The notes under the pieces are model-generated. The model did not search any database, was not told where the DNA came from, and saw only the letters and a list, made by a program, of their open reading frames with translations. A DNA stretch of 63,937 bases, filler included, from Kipferlia bialata (Eukaryota), in assembly GCA_003568945.1 (NCBI GenBank). It is 8 parts of 8 records of this genome, joined end to end, with 100 filler letters (N's around TTAATTAATTAA, not from the genome) between each part and the next. Parts side by side here need not be neighbours in the genome. Positions count along the whole stretch, not along the records: positions 45,753 to 55,673 come from BDIP01001537.1; positions 55,774 to 60,618 come from BDIP01001540.1; positions 60,719 to 63,937 come from BDIP01001547.1; 5 more parts are not named here. One strand, written 5' to 3'. The position numbers were made by a program, and so were the translations under genes. This document shows positions 51,217 through 63,888 of this stretch, one piece after another. How positions within the stretch are numbered: position 1 is the stretch's first letter; every line of letters begins with the position of its first letter.

Positions 51217-54200
51217 CTATTCCTCTCCTTGTATGCACCCTGGCAGCATGGCACCTCTGTTGAGTGTAACAAGGTAGCACTGGGGTGAGCTAGGGTGTAA
51301 CAGTAAGGCCAACGCAGTTACTGAGCTCTAATGTCATGACACTATCAACCACACATACCCGTGCCCAAAGAGAGAGGATAATACGCTCATATATATAATA
51401 CGCTCATATCTGATATATACGAGATATGACTCACAGAAGGTATTACAATGAATATACATGAATATACATATATATATATATATACGAGGTATGACTCACA
51501 TGTCCATCCGTCCTCAGCAGGATGCTGTCCCCCCCCACAGGTACTGCACACCCATCCCCACTGCCATCCTCATAGCCCTGAGGATTAGGAGTGTCATATA
51601 TATACATATACATTTGGTATAGTCCAGAAGGTTATATACATACACTTGCTGATGAGGCCCATCCCCACTGCCATCCTCATAACCCTAAGGAGTAAGGTAC
51701 AGGGGGTATATAGTATATCCACTCTATCTAGTAACTACACTACACGTTCATTGCCACATATATAGAGTAGATACTGACACTGCCGTCCTCATAGCCCTGG
51801 GGGGTGAGGCAGGGGATACACACACTGTCATATATATATATATATATATATACAGCAATATATACTCGACACTGACACTGCCATAGCCGTCTAGTGATAC
51901 GTTAGTATATACATGCCCCTCACCTCCGTTGTCCACTTCTGCCAGGTGCCTGAGACACTATATACTCATCTATGTATATACAGGTGTATTCTGTATGCAT
52001 TTATCATGAGACTGACAGGCTATTTAACCGATAGGTCACTCACCTCCGTTGCCCACTTCTCCCATGTGCCTGAGACAGTGTCATAGGCATTGACCTGGGT
52101 CAGTACACATACACTACAGACATACTATACATGTAAATATATATTACATGTATATGACCACATACTAAATGCATGTGCCTGAGACAGTGTCATACACTAT
52201 ATACAACAATACCTGCAATAGTATATAGGATATGACCTGGGGGTGAGGGGTGTGCTTGTGTATGCATATATATAGTGCATTGACCTGGGGGTGAAAGAAG
52301 GAGCATGCGAGTATGTGTACATCTAACAAGTTCTACATACACCGACCATGTATATATATAATGACACGTAAATGGCTAAGGGGAACACATGATGATGCGT
52401 ACCGTCCTGTATGTGTACCCGTTACCACCCATGCACACCACATACTGGCCAATGGTACAGACAGCACACTGGCTGGGGTGAGGGGGAGTGTATAACAACA
52501 GCCACTGAGAGAGAGAGGTGGTCAACGAAATTTGTCAGAAAGAAGAATGAGAGAATGTGAGTAAGACACTGTAAACATACCCTGGCCCCAGGTGTGTGTG
52601 TGTGTCATGGTCGCACAGGACAGTCCAGCCATCTCTGAGGGAGAAGGTCATGTGGGTGAACTAGGGGTGAGGACAGGTGGTATAAATATCCCATACGGAA
52701 TCAGAGACAGGAGAGAGAGAGAGTAGTTCATGTGGGTGATTTCTGAGAAAGCGAGAGGGAGAGAGTGTGTGTGACAGTACCTTCCCTATCATCATATATT
52801 CCAATAGAGACAAGGAGAGGGTGAAGGTCATTGGTGCATGTATTGAAGACACATCACCATATATATCAATATACATCACGACTGGACTCCGTGAATAGAG
52901 AGAGAGAGAGAGAGACAGAGAGAGAGAGTACCTTCCCTATCAGGTGAAACGTGTCCCCGACCAGTGTGCCCGATGCCCAGTAGACATTGGGGGTGGGGTA
53001 GCCAGCCAGACGGGTCCAGATACCTGATATCAGGGGAGGAGACAAGAGCACTAATATACATACATACATACATACATACACCAGTGTCTGTATCGTTATA
53101 ATGTACGTGAGTGCATATATAACTATTTAGTCTCTCTAGTCTCTCTCTGCCAATATTTGAACACATATACAGTAGATGTACACACCTGTCTGTGTGTCAT
53201 ATGCCCATGGTGCCATATCACTAGTGTAGGACTACATCATCGTCCCAGTCCTCATATATATATATATATATAACCACACATACATATATAGTATATACCC
53301 ACCTGTTTCAGTGTCATATGCCCATGTTGCCATGAGTGCATCATTGTCCCAGTCCTCATGGTACAGGGACGGCACACCAGCACCTATCACTAACACGGAG
53401 CCTGGGTGTTAGGCGAGTATACATATAATATGAGGAGAGTAGATATAGTGGTAAGAATAGATACTCCTGTGTATAGCTGCCCGTATCACAGTCAAGTGGA
53501 GGTATTAACCATAGGGAGAGACGTAGACGTGATGGTAGAGAACAACTATACGCACACACATCCACCCACACATATATATACATATATATATGTATATGTA
53601 TGTCCACCATACCTATAGCAAATGCAAAGTGGCGCCACTTGCCCTGTGGCCAGGGGGCACCCTGGGGGTAAGGGGCGATATTCTCAACACACAACGAACA
53701 AATAACACACACACACATATATATATCCTACTATATATGTCCCCCCACCTCTGGTTATGGCACCTCTGTCCACATACCTATGACCCTCCACATGGTGTAT
53801 ATATGTATGGAGAATACATAGTATATATAGTATATATATACACGCTATATACAGCCCACTCACCTCTGGCCGTGGCACCTCTGTCCACAATTCTACATTC
53901 ACATATAGGATGTATTGTTTACACATATAGTGGGTCGCACCTCTGTGTGCGGCACTTCTGTCCACTCATTGGTGCCCATGTTGTATGTGTACAGACTGTT
54001 GACTGCCTCTTCATCCCCATGGTGGCCACCAAACATGAGGACCTTAGGGTAAGTATTAACACATANNNNNNNNNNNNNNNNNNNNNNNNNNNNNNNNNNN
54101 NNNNNNNNNNNNNNNNNNNNNNNNNNNNNNNNNNNNNNNNNNNNNNNNNNNNNNNNNNNNNNNNNNNNNNNNNNNNNNNNNNNTACATGTTATTGACTGC

Positions 54201-55229
54201 CTCCTCATCCCCATGGTGGCCACCAAACATGAGGACCTGGGTTAGTATATGTACCCACATCTATATATATGTATGTGCATATGCACACCTCACCTTCCCG
54301 TCCTCCATCCTGGTGACACTCATATATATATATACTTCTCTATATATATGTACATATAATGTATAAGACTTAGATATATACCTATCACATACCCACCTTC
54401 CCGTCCTCCATCCTGGTGACACTCACACCCCACATGTCACTGGAGGTCAGAGGGAGAGGGAGGGAGGGAGGGGGAGAGGGATAGAGAGAGAGAGGCTAAC
54501 AAGACCACATATCCCACAACTCCACCTCTCTATTCATACAGATATCGGTGGATATAAGTATGAGAGAGAGTATTAGGGTCAGATGCACTGTACCTGGGCA
54601 CTATGCAGTCTCTGATGCCAAAGGACCTGATGCCTCCCTCTGGGGTCAGGGACATATGCAGATAGAGAGAGATATGGAATGCAGAGAGAACAAGAGAGAG
54701 AGAGAGAGAGAAAGACTACCTGGCGTGACTCTGACCAAACTGCAGTATGGCCCCTCTCTGTCAGGAGGGGGGTGGCCCATACGATAATAGGGGGAGGATG
54801 CACCCATGAGAACAGCACATCCTAGAGGGTGAGAGAGAGAGAGAGAGAGGAAGAGAGAGAGAGAGTAGGGGGAGGAGGCACCCATGAGGACAGCATAGCC
54901 TAAGGTGGGAGGGGGGGAGGGAGGGAGAGAGAGAGAGAGGGATAGACTGCTGATATAGACAGTACACTTAGTGGGAAGAGAGAGAGAGACAGCCTGTGAG
55001 AATGAGGAATATGCAGTGATCTCAGCTGGGGGGGGGAGAGAGAGAGAGACAGAGAGAGGCAGGGTACCTGGTGTATCACATGGCACCATGGAGAATGCGT
55101 CTCCGCATGTCGGGATATTTACCTGAGGTGGGAGTCACTATATGAGATATGCGGGACATTGATGCAAGGGAAGAACCAGTATATATACATATATGTGACA
55201 CAAACCTTCTTAAAACTGAGGTGCGGCAT
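51217..55229 (-). CDS. Kelch/galactose-oxidase-type beta-propeller protein, multi-exon
   Basis: MPHLSFKK|VNIPTCG...; VLMFGGHHG...LYTYNMGTNEWTEV, PWPQGKWRHFAFAIG, WAYDTETGIWTRLAGYP, VGDTFHLIG, AYDTVSGTWEK kelch-blade motifs. Confidence 0.85.
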
Positions 55230-55625
55230 GGGAGCCTGTGGAACACACAGACTGCACCAAGTCTATATCTGTGGCTGAAGGAGCTACACCGTTAGACGTA
55301 ACAGTCGTTTTTCATATCAAAAGGGTCCGGGTCAAGTTGACTTGCAACGTTAGTGCTGAGAGGTCACTCCCTTTACTCCTCACTCCCTCCCCGAGCTGGT
55401 GTATTGGCTGTGACCTTCACGTGGCATGCGTCGCGCCAAGATTGGGCTCCTGCTGGGGCTACTTGGGCTCAGGTATGTGTTACTCTTGGTGGGGTATATA
55501 GTCTATCGGTGTTGCCACTCTCTCCAAACCGTTCCCTTATCTCCCCAACTGTTCCTCTAGATGTGTCTGTGCAGTGACATGTATACAAACCCATGTATAC
55601 ATTCCGAAGTGGGTTCGTATGCCCT

Positions 55626-55669
<44 letters not shown>

Positions 55670-55779
55670 CCCCNNNNNNNNNNNNNNNNNNNNNNNNNNN
55701 NNNNNNNNNNNNNNNNNTTAATTAATTAANNNNNNNNNNNNNNNNNNNNNNNNNNNNNNNNNNNNNNNNNNNNCCCCCT

Positions 55780-55812
<33 letters not shown>

Positions 55813-55838
55813 ATCAATTTGACCCTCCCTGACCCCCC

Positions 55839-58502
55839 GACTGGAAGTGGGGTGACCAGGATGGAATGGCAGGGGTCGGGGTCATACTAGGGCCAAACAG
55901 GTGAGCATACTTGACACACTTTCTGGATAGTCTCTCTGTGTACTACTAGTATAGATTTCCGTTCATACACATTGGTTGCCAGGTTCAAGAGCCTCCTAAT
56001 ATATTCTCACCCCAGCAACGAGTCTGAGCTAAGGGTGGAGTGGGAGGGTAACCAGATTGGCAATTACAGGTGCATGTTCGTATATATATATATATATATA
56101 TCTTACCACCACATGTCGCTACCACACCGAATGTGGAGTCAATTCGCTTCATTCGATTATACATATGCTACACTTTCTCTGTCCCTCCCTATCCCCCAGG
56201 TGTGGTGCCCAGGGCATGTTCGACCTGGTGTATGCAGGCGAGGTGGGTGGGCATTCATGTATTAGCAATAGAAATATTTTGTATTTGTGTATGCGTGGCA
56301 GACCTCTCTCTCTCTAAAATCTAACCACAGGGCGACCTCTCCAAGTACAGTCACCCCCGGTCCCACAGGTGTGTAATGTGTAGAGGTCTCTACGTATATA
56401 TTCTCTCCGTATGGAGACCTCGCGGTCATATACCAGATGTATCGCCCTTCCTAGAGTACTGCATATCACTATGTGTTTGTATGTACACTAACTGTTACGC
56501 GAACTGAACAATGTGGTGAAAGTATTGAGAGTACGCATAGTGGTACAACCGGAATTGTCCTTCCATCTGTAGACACAATAGTTACCTCTATCTCGTTATG
56601 TCAGTGTATATCTCTGCACAGTATCTGAATCCTCTTTCACACCCAGGGTAGTGCACTGTCCCTCCATGCAGGTGGGAGCCAAGGTCACACGGGGGATAGA
56701 CTGGATGTGGGGGAACCAGGTACACTGGGCTAGCAAGAACTCTAGTGAAATTGGTACATTGCTGGAATAGTCTTGGGAGATTGTAAATACATATACCCCC
56801 TGGGTCATACCGCTGTTGTAGCAACACCCCTCATCCTGTAGGACCACGGTCTCCCTGGTGTTATCCTGCCTTTGGAAGTGGACCCTGCCACTCAGGAGTG
56901 TGTAGAAAGGGAAAAGGGGTGTGTGGTGGTGCAATGGTCAGATGTGAGTGGATATCATACCGTGTCTATATAGTATATAGTGATATCATAGTGTTAGTCT
57001 ACCCTTTCCTGACCTCTAGGGCACCATCAAGGTGTACCGTGCTGGTCTGCAGGGCAAGTACGACATAGCATATGTGGACACACCCTCTATAGTGGCCCAG
57101 GACTATGGCACAGACCCAGTGCCAGAGACAGTGGTGCCAGTCAAGGTATGTTGTGGTCTTAGTATACTCACCTTGACATTTCCGTTCAGTGCCTGACCCC
57201 CAGGGTCTCCGTGTCCACTCTTCCAAGTGGGTGAGGGGTGCCAGAGTGGCACGAGGGCCAGGTATCAACGCCGTCACACAAGGAGACGAGGCATTTCGTG
57301 TATAGAATACTGATAGGCATCTCACCCCAGACTCTATGATGTTTATTGAGTATAGTCACTAGAACCCACCTCTCTCACCCCAGACTGGAAGTGGGGTAGT
57401 CACGCAGGGAGAGAGGGCACTGGCATACTGGAGGAGGGGGAGGATCAGGCATGTGCCTGTCACTATTATGGATTCAGATCTCTATTACTATCAATATATC
57501 CCCCCATACCCTTCCTATCCCTCACCCTCCAGTCGCTATGTGTTAGGTGGAGCACAGGCATGAAGAGCGGATACAGGTGGGTGGCACACTGACAAATATG
57601 TATATTTCCATGTATGTAAGGCTCGAACTGCGTGGTGTCTCCATGATCCTTCCCTTGACAAGAAGCATTTGCAGTAACTGTGTTGTTACGGAACATACTA
57701 ATTGCCAGGTGTGGTGTCCATGGTGTGTATGGCCTTGTTTACACTGGGGATGGTTGCACAGAGGAGTATGCGTGTGACCCTGCCATGAGGGTGGAGGCCG
57801 GGGATGCCTTAAGGGTCGGTGCTACAGTGGTGAGGTAGGGGGTAGCAGTCGTGTATATAATCATTTATACAATGACTCTATGGGATTGTATATTAGCTAA
57901 CTTCTAGGGGTCTCGACTGGTCGTTCGGCGATCAGGACGGAAATGGAGAGGGGAAGGTGCGTATATCAAAATGTAATACAATGACTATTCTACGTGAAAC
58001 TGATGGCGTTGGGAATTATTCTTGCTCTTGGCATTATCTACCTTATAGCTGCTATAGAGACACTACACTAGTATACATATATACATATATAGTCATATTC
58101 ACCTTAGGTCCTGGGCAATGACTGCGAGGGCCAGGTCCTGGTCAAGTGGGAGAATGGAGTCACAGCCAACTACAGGGCAGGGGCAGGTGGGAAGAGAATC
58201 ACTCGCTCTCTCTCTCACACACTCTTTCGGCTATACACTCTCTTTGACTCTTTATACAATTCACTTCCACCACCAAGTGTGTATACCTCACTGCAGGTAA
58301 CTGCTATGACCTCCTGTACGTTGACACTGGCTCTGGGGAGTCCCTTCCCTCTTCTGAAGTGGCTGAGGCTTTGACAACCACTAGTACTGGTGATATGCCT
58401 AGTGCTGGAACTGCTGGTACTGGTGTCTCTTGTGAGGATAAGGCAGACACTGTGGAGAGACTCAGACAGCAGATCAAGGCCCAGATGGGGGGGAAGGAAT
58501 AG
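55839..58502 (+). CDS. Protein with four or more tandem MIB/HERC2 domains, 5' truncated
   Basis: Repeated GxxVxRGxDW(K/M/S)(W/F)GxQDG...VxWExGxxxNYRxGxxGxxDL: DWKWGDQDG, VGAKVTRGIDWMWGNQ, GARVARGPDWKWGS, VGATVVRGLDWSFGDQDG...VKWENGVTANYRAGAGNCYDLL. Stop TAG at 58500-58502. Confidence 0.85.
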
Positions 58503-58622
58503 AGATAGAGATAGAGCACCCCAAAGCTTACGGAGAGACTCATCTCTCACACTGTCAGAATCATGGAATAACATATATATTACAGGTTCAGCTGTGTTAC
58601 TATTGTACTGTTACCAATCACA

Positions 58623-59316
58623 CTCACGTGCAAACACCAGACAATTGGCATGTACCAACTCTCACTTCTGACACCACTCACTACTCACACTCACACACTG
58701 GCATTGTATCGTTTGACACCAGTACACAGCTGGGGGTACGGCCAAAGAAGAGCTGGGGGTGAGGGTATATATATATTTAGAGACAGAGAGAGTGTGTGTG
58801 TGTGTGTGTGTAAATGGGCATAGTCACAGAAGAGCTGGGGGGGGGGGGTAAATCTATGTATTGAGAGAGAGAGAAAGAGAGAGAGAGAGAGCAGAGAGTG
58901 AATATCACATAAATATGCGGTGGAGAGTGGGGGAGCGTGGTAAAATTAGGGGTGTGCACGGCTAGGTGTCTGACTGGGGGTGTGGGTGTGTTCCGAGACT
59001 AGCACATACTGTGTATACCTTTGGACACTGTCCCATACAGTCATTGGTGGCATAGTCATATGCACAGGCCAGGTACTTGCACCGGTGGGGCTGGGGTGAG
59101 GCAGGACGAAACACATGCACTCTGGTAACAGAGAGACAAGGCAACGTGTCACAGGATACATACCAGATACTCTATGCAGAACAGATCATCTCCGTCTGTG
59201 CTCTCATTGGGACAGGACCCCTTGCACCCGTCGCCCTCGTAGTAACACGTTATCTCGGATGCAATACACACAGACACTAGAGCCACTAAGAGCAGCAACA
59301 GACATACACGACTCAT
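58623..59316 (-). CDS. Small secreted cysteine-rich protein (not in the ORF track; last exon uncertain)
   Basis: MSRVCLLLLLVALVSVCIA|SEITCYYEGDGCKGSCPNESTDGDDLFCIEYL | PHRCKYLACAYDYATNDCMGQCPK | LFFGRTPSCVLVSNDTMP... A signal peptide, about 10 Cys and phase-0 introns. Confidence 0.7.
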
Positions 59317-59575
59317 CCTTGATGAATAGTGTCAAAGTGTCACTTAAGCGTGACCACACCGACCCCAGAGAACCCTTTTCCAGTTACAAAAATACACTAG
59401 ATATCTAGGCTAGTTAGTCAGCATTGACGGGGTTCCACCATTACACACACTGACAAAGAGGGCGAATCTATTCACCCCTGCTCACGTAAAAAAGTCACAA
59501 TAAATAGAGAAACAAGCAAATTAAGAGTCCCTCAAAGGACCTATCTCTCTCTCTCTCTCTCTCTCCCCCTACCCC

Positions 59576-60573
59576 TCACATGCCTGCCAGCTGCATGCTG
59601 AGCTTCTGGGCCAGCGCCCCCATGGCCGTACCTGGTACCACCAGGACCAGCCCCCTGGGCCCTGTGCCGCTCTGGTGCTGGGGGCCCTCGGGGTTGGGGA
59701 TCTTGAAGGAGAAGGCAAGGTCGGCCATCTCAAGCAGGGGGAGGTCCTGGGGTGAGGGGTCTGTATATATGGTATATATGGTATATATGAAGTAGATATA
59801 GGCAGTGAGTGAGAGGGAGTACTTGAGCAGGGGAGGTCCTGGGGAGAGGACAATATCTATCTGTCTAACTATCAACGAGTGATAGTGACAGAGAGTGCTG
59901 TAGAATACACAATAAGGAAACCACGTCCACACCCACCTCCGGCCTGAAGAATGCTGTCTGGGACACTGGGATGCCGCACACCATGTCTGACTGACCCCTC
60001 TTGTTGGGGTTGGTGGCAGGGGCGCCATCGGCTGGGGTGGGGAGAGAGAGAGAGAGAGAGATGTGCACTATATCCACGCCCCTTCCTCCACTGGAGAGAG
60101 AGGGAGAGACAGGCATACGGGTATGTAATAAGATATGAAGAGTGATACCTTCCTCCACGGGAGATATCATGGACACGTGGATGAGGTGTGTGAAGGGGGA
60201 GAAGCCGGGGATCTCCTGCTCGGCCCACTGGCAGTCCTGGGGTATGAGAGGGGTGTGGGGATACGCTATATACAGAGAGAGACAGAGACAGAGAGGGGGT
60301 ATAGAACCTCTGCTGCTCGGCCCACTCGCCGTCCTAGGAGAGAGATGTGAATATACTGTATATATATAGGTACCTGGTCTGTGGACTGGTATATGTCTCT
60401 CTCTCTCCATCTCTCTCTCTCTCTCTCAATATATATATATATATATACATATATTTCACACCCCTACCTGGTCTGTGGACTGGTAGATGCCTGGCAGCAG
60501 GGGCAGGGGCAGAGAGACAAAGCGTCCTGTCACAATCAGACCCGGGTTGGCACCATTGGCACCGGTGGCAACA
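59576..60573 (-). CDS. BCCIP: BCCIP/Bcp1 family protein, C-terminal four exons
   Basis: GLIVTGRFVSLPLPLLPGIYQSTDQDCQWA...THLIHVS...FFRPEDLPLLEMADLAFSF...PRGLVLVVP...M*. Matches the BCIP pattern GLLLxERFxNxP, FxxxEE, PxRxVxL. Confidence 0.8.
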
Positions 60574-60873
60574 CTGGGGGTGAGGGGGGGGGGGGGGGGG
60601 GCACCCTTCTTTTTGGGGNNNNNNNNNNNNNNNNNNNNNNNNNNNNNNNNNNNNNNNNNNNNTTAATTAATTAANNNNNNNNNNNNNNNNNNNNNNNNNN
60701 NNNNNNNNNNNNNNNNNNTGCCCTGTCCCTTTAATACTCCCCCCCCCCCCCACCCCCCGCCCTCTCTTTCTCTCTCTCTCTTACCCCTCAGAGAGGACTA
60801 CAAGCTGGACACCCTGCTTGATCTCATATACTCTCTCTCTCACTCTTTCTCTCTCTCTCCTCTTACCCCTCAG

Positions 60874-61738
60874 AGAGGACTACAAGCTGGACACCCTGCT
60901 TGACCTCTTTGAGTCCCTCACTGTCACACAGTCAGTCATCTTCGTCAACAGGAGGTACGCCCCCCCCACCCCCTCCTCCTCTCTGTGTGTGTATGCCTCT
61001 CTATATCTCTTTGTGTTCACTCTCCTTACTGCCACATCCCCTGTATCTCGGGTTACTCTGTACTGTCTTCCCTAACTCCCAGGAGTGGCGCTGACTGGCT
61101 CTCTGGCCAGCTCAGGACCAAGGGCCACACTGTGGGAGAGGTGCACGGAGAGATGCCCCAGGAGGTACATATATACTCTCTCTCCCTCTCTTTCTCCCCC
61201 CCCCCCTATCTTAAGTCTTATATCTATATATTTCACCCCAGGTCAACGTTGTCATCAACTACGACCTCCCCTCCAACAGAGAGACATACCTCCACAGGAT
61301 CGGAAGGTGAGGAAGCCACATATATATACTACATGTATGTATATACCACAATTGATTAGTTGCTGTGCCTCTCTCTTCTCCTTCTCACTCTCCAGGTCCG
61401 GTCGTTTCGGCCGCACTGGCATCGCCCTGTCCTTTGTCACCAAGGAGGTAGGAGTGTTAAATGAATATATATATACTGTTTATATAGCACAACATGTATG
61501 CACTCATACACACATATATGTATTTGAGTCCCTCACTCTCAGGAGGTCCAGGTCCTGAGGGACATCGAGCAGTTATACATATATATTAGTCTATATTGAA
61601 TGAGTATATATATATATGTCCTATATGTATTCACACTTTATCATGTATGTCTCTCACCCTCAGGAGGTCCAGGCCCTGAGGGACATTGAGCAGTTCTATG
61701 CCACATCCATCCCAGAGCTCCCCATCAACCTCATGTAG
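60874..61738 (+). CDS. eIF4A-family DEAD-box helicase C-terminal domain (possibly eIF4AIII); motif-V exon absent from this assembly
   Basis: [27 protein letters not shown] | SGADWL...VHGEMPQE | [22 protein letters not shown] | [14 protein letters not shown] | [20 protein letters not shown]. Confidence 0.88.
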
Positions 61739-62127
61739 AGAGGGTGCATGTGTCCCCTTACCAGTAGGGTTAATGTATACGTGTAGAGAGGGTGCATCAC
61801 CCCATACCTGTAGGGTATAGCTGTGCACACGTGTATGCGGAACATGGAGACATATGTGGTTGTGTTGTGTTGTAGAAACATGGTTGAGTAAATATTGAAG
61901 ATACTTGGGAGCTGCTATGACTGCCTTTCTGGGGTGGTTCTAGGCGTGCTGTGACTCACTGAGAGAGTCGATGCACACTATATGCAAACTTACATTGTAT
62001 ACGCGCTGGACCCTTATGAAAATGCGAGACGAAAGGGTGCAGATTAGTTTTGGCTGACGATGATCGTGTTGTCTGCCTCTCTACCTTACCCACTGAGGGG
62101 CCACACTCCACCACAGCCCACAGACAC

Positions 62128-63582
62128 ATGTTCAAGTTCCGGCTGTCTCATGTCGGGCACCGTGGTAATCGTAGCGGGATGGCGTACATTGGGGGTCTGA
62201 CTGCCGAGGGTGACATTGATCCATACAGTGAGACCCTGGGGCGTGTCATCATTGTTGGTGAGAACAGTCAGACCAGCAGTGACAACTGCGTTATTGCCAC
62301 CCTCGATGCTGAGACTGGGAGTATGTCTCACAGGGCCATTCCATGTCCTGTGCCTGCCCTTCGCTTATCGACTGCTACTAGGGTGGGAGAGTGGGTGTTT
62401 GTCTTCGGTGGGAATCCAGGTTCTGTTGACACTCTCTACCGGTTCGACATAGCCACTGAGAAGTGGACCCAGGTGCAGAAGAGAGGGGTGTGGCCCAAGG
62501 GCAGGTGGGGGCAAGGAGCCTTCTCACTCGGGGGGAAGCTGTTCATCGCAGCGGGTTGCGATGGATCCAAAATCTCTTCTGCCTGGGTCTTCGACCCCCA
62601 GGGTGAGACTTGGACCCAGCTACCTGACTACCCCGTTGGCCTTCAGCGTCCTGCTGTGTGTACTGTTGGGGATCGTGTACACCTGATAGGAGGATCTGCA
62701 CCCACCACTCACTGCACCTACTCTGAGGCAGGTGGGTGGCACAAAGAGGCAGACCTGCCATTTAGGGTCTATGGTGCAGGTGCTGTGGCCGTGGGATCCA
62801 ACATCCATGTCATGGGTGGGAATGGTCACAGCAACCAGGTACACGTGTATGACACCGTGACCAAGAGATGGGAGGAGTCTGGGACACTCCCCGTCTCATT
62901 CAGCTATGGCAGTGCATGCTACACCACACCTTCGAGTGTGATCATCCATTCTGAGAAGCAGCTCATTATTGGGGAGTCAGAGGAGCTCAAGCAGAAGCCT
63001 GAGAGGGAGAGGCTAGCACAGGAGGAGAGAGACAGAGTGGCAGCCCAGTTGGCAGAGGCAGAGAGGCAGCGTGTGTACCAGGAGCAGGTCTCCCTCCTCC
63101 ACTCCCTTGTGACTGACCTTGGGTGTGATGTGGAGGGTGTGGCGTCTCTGACACCCGAGGAGTGCAGGCACCACATCCTGTGCACAGTGGCAGCCAGGGA
63201 GGTTGACAGGAGGAAGACTGAGCTCTGCCCTCGGTTCTCAGCCTTCGACCCGTCCTCTCTCCCACCCCTCAGGACACTCATCAGTGACGCAAAGGTATGC
63301 AACCCCCCCTTCCCTCTTCACCTCTTCTTTGTATCTCACCACACTCTCTCGACCCCCCCCCCCTCTCTCACTCTCTCATTACTCTCAGCATTTGCAACCG
63401 ATACCTCAGCGTGTCTCTTTCTCTCTTTCTCTCTCTCTCTCTGTTTGCATATATACGCCTCTGACCCCAAGCCGTTGACGCCGTTGACGCCAGTGCCCTC
63501 AGTCTCTCTTCATTCTCTCTCCTTCTCTCTGCATATTCTTTCCTGTCTTTCACAGGCCTTTGATGCCGATGCCCTTCGCCCC

Positions 63583-63619
<37 letters not shown>

Positions 63620-63871
63620 ATATGTACAAGAATAACCTCAGGCCTTTGACGCCGATGCCCTTAGCACAGCACTGGCCAACCTCAGTGAGTACCTGCCACT
63701 GGCAGAGCGCATAGACCCACAGGTGCTCTCACTCACTCCTCTCTCTCTCTCTGTCTTGCCGTAAGTGCTGTGTCAATGAGGGTCAACCTCTCGGACCTCA
63801 TGTCCCTCTCCATCCCTCATATGTCAGGTGAAGACTCTCAAGGAGTTCACTGCCCAGCACCCAATAGACAA
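62128..63871 (+). CDS. Kelch-repeat beta-propeller protein with a C-terminal coiled coil; continues off the window
   Basis: Exon 62128-63294 has six blades (VFVFGG...FDIATEKWT, WPKGRWG, FDPQGETWTQLPDYP, VHLIGG, IHVMGG...YDTVTKRWE), then ERERLAQEER... Later exons lie near 63642 and 63828. Confidence 0.88.
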
Positions 63872-63888
63872 GGTACCTAGTCGTAACC

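Noticed and set aside
55426..55472. Possible signal-peptide first exon MRRAKIGLLLGLLGL|GTATGT divergent from the kelch gene
   Set aside because: Too short, and the contig ends before any confirming exon.
14409..61738. Apparent clustering of EJC genes (Mago and an eIF4AIII-like helicase)
   Set aside because: They are on different concatenated contigs, so co-occurrence carries no linkage information.
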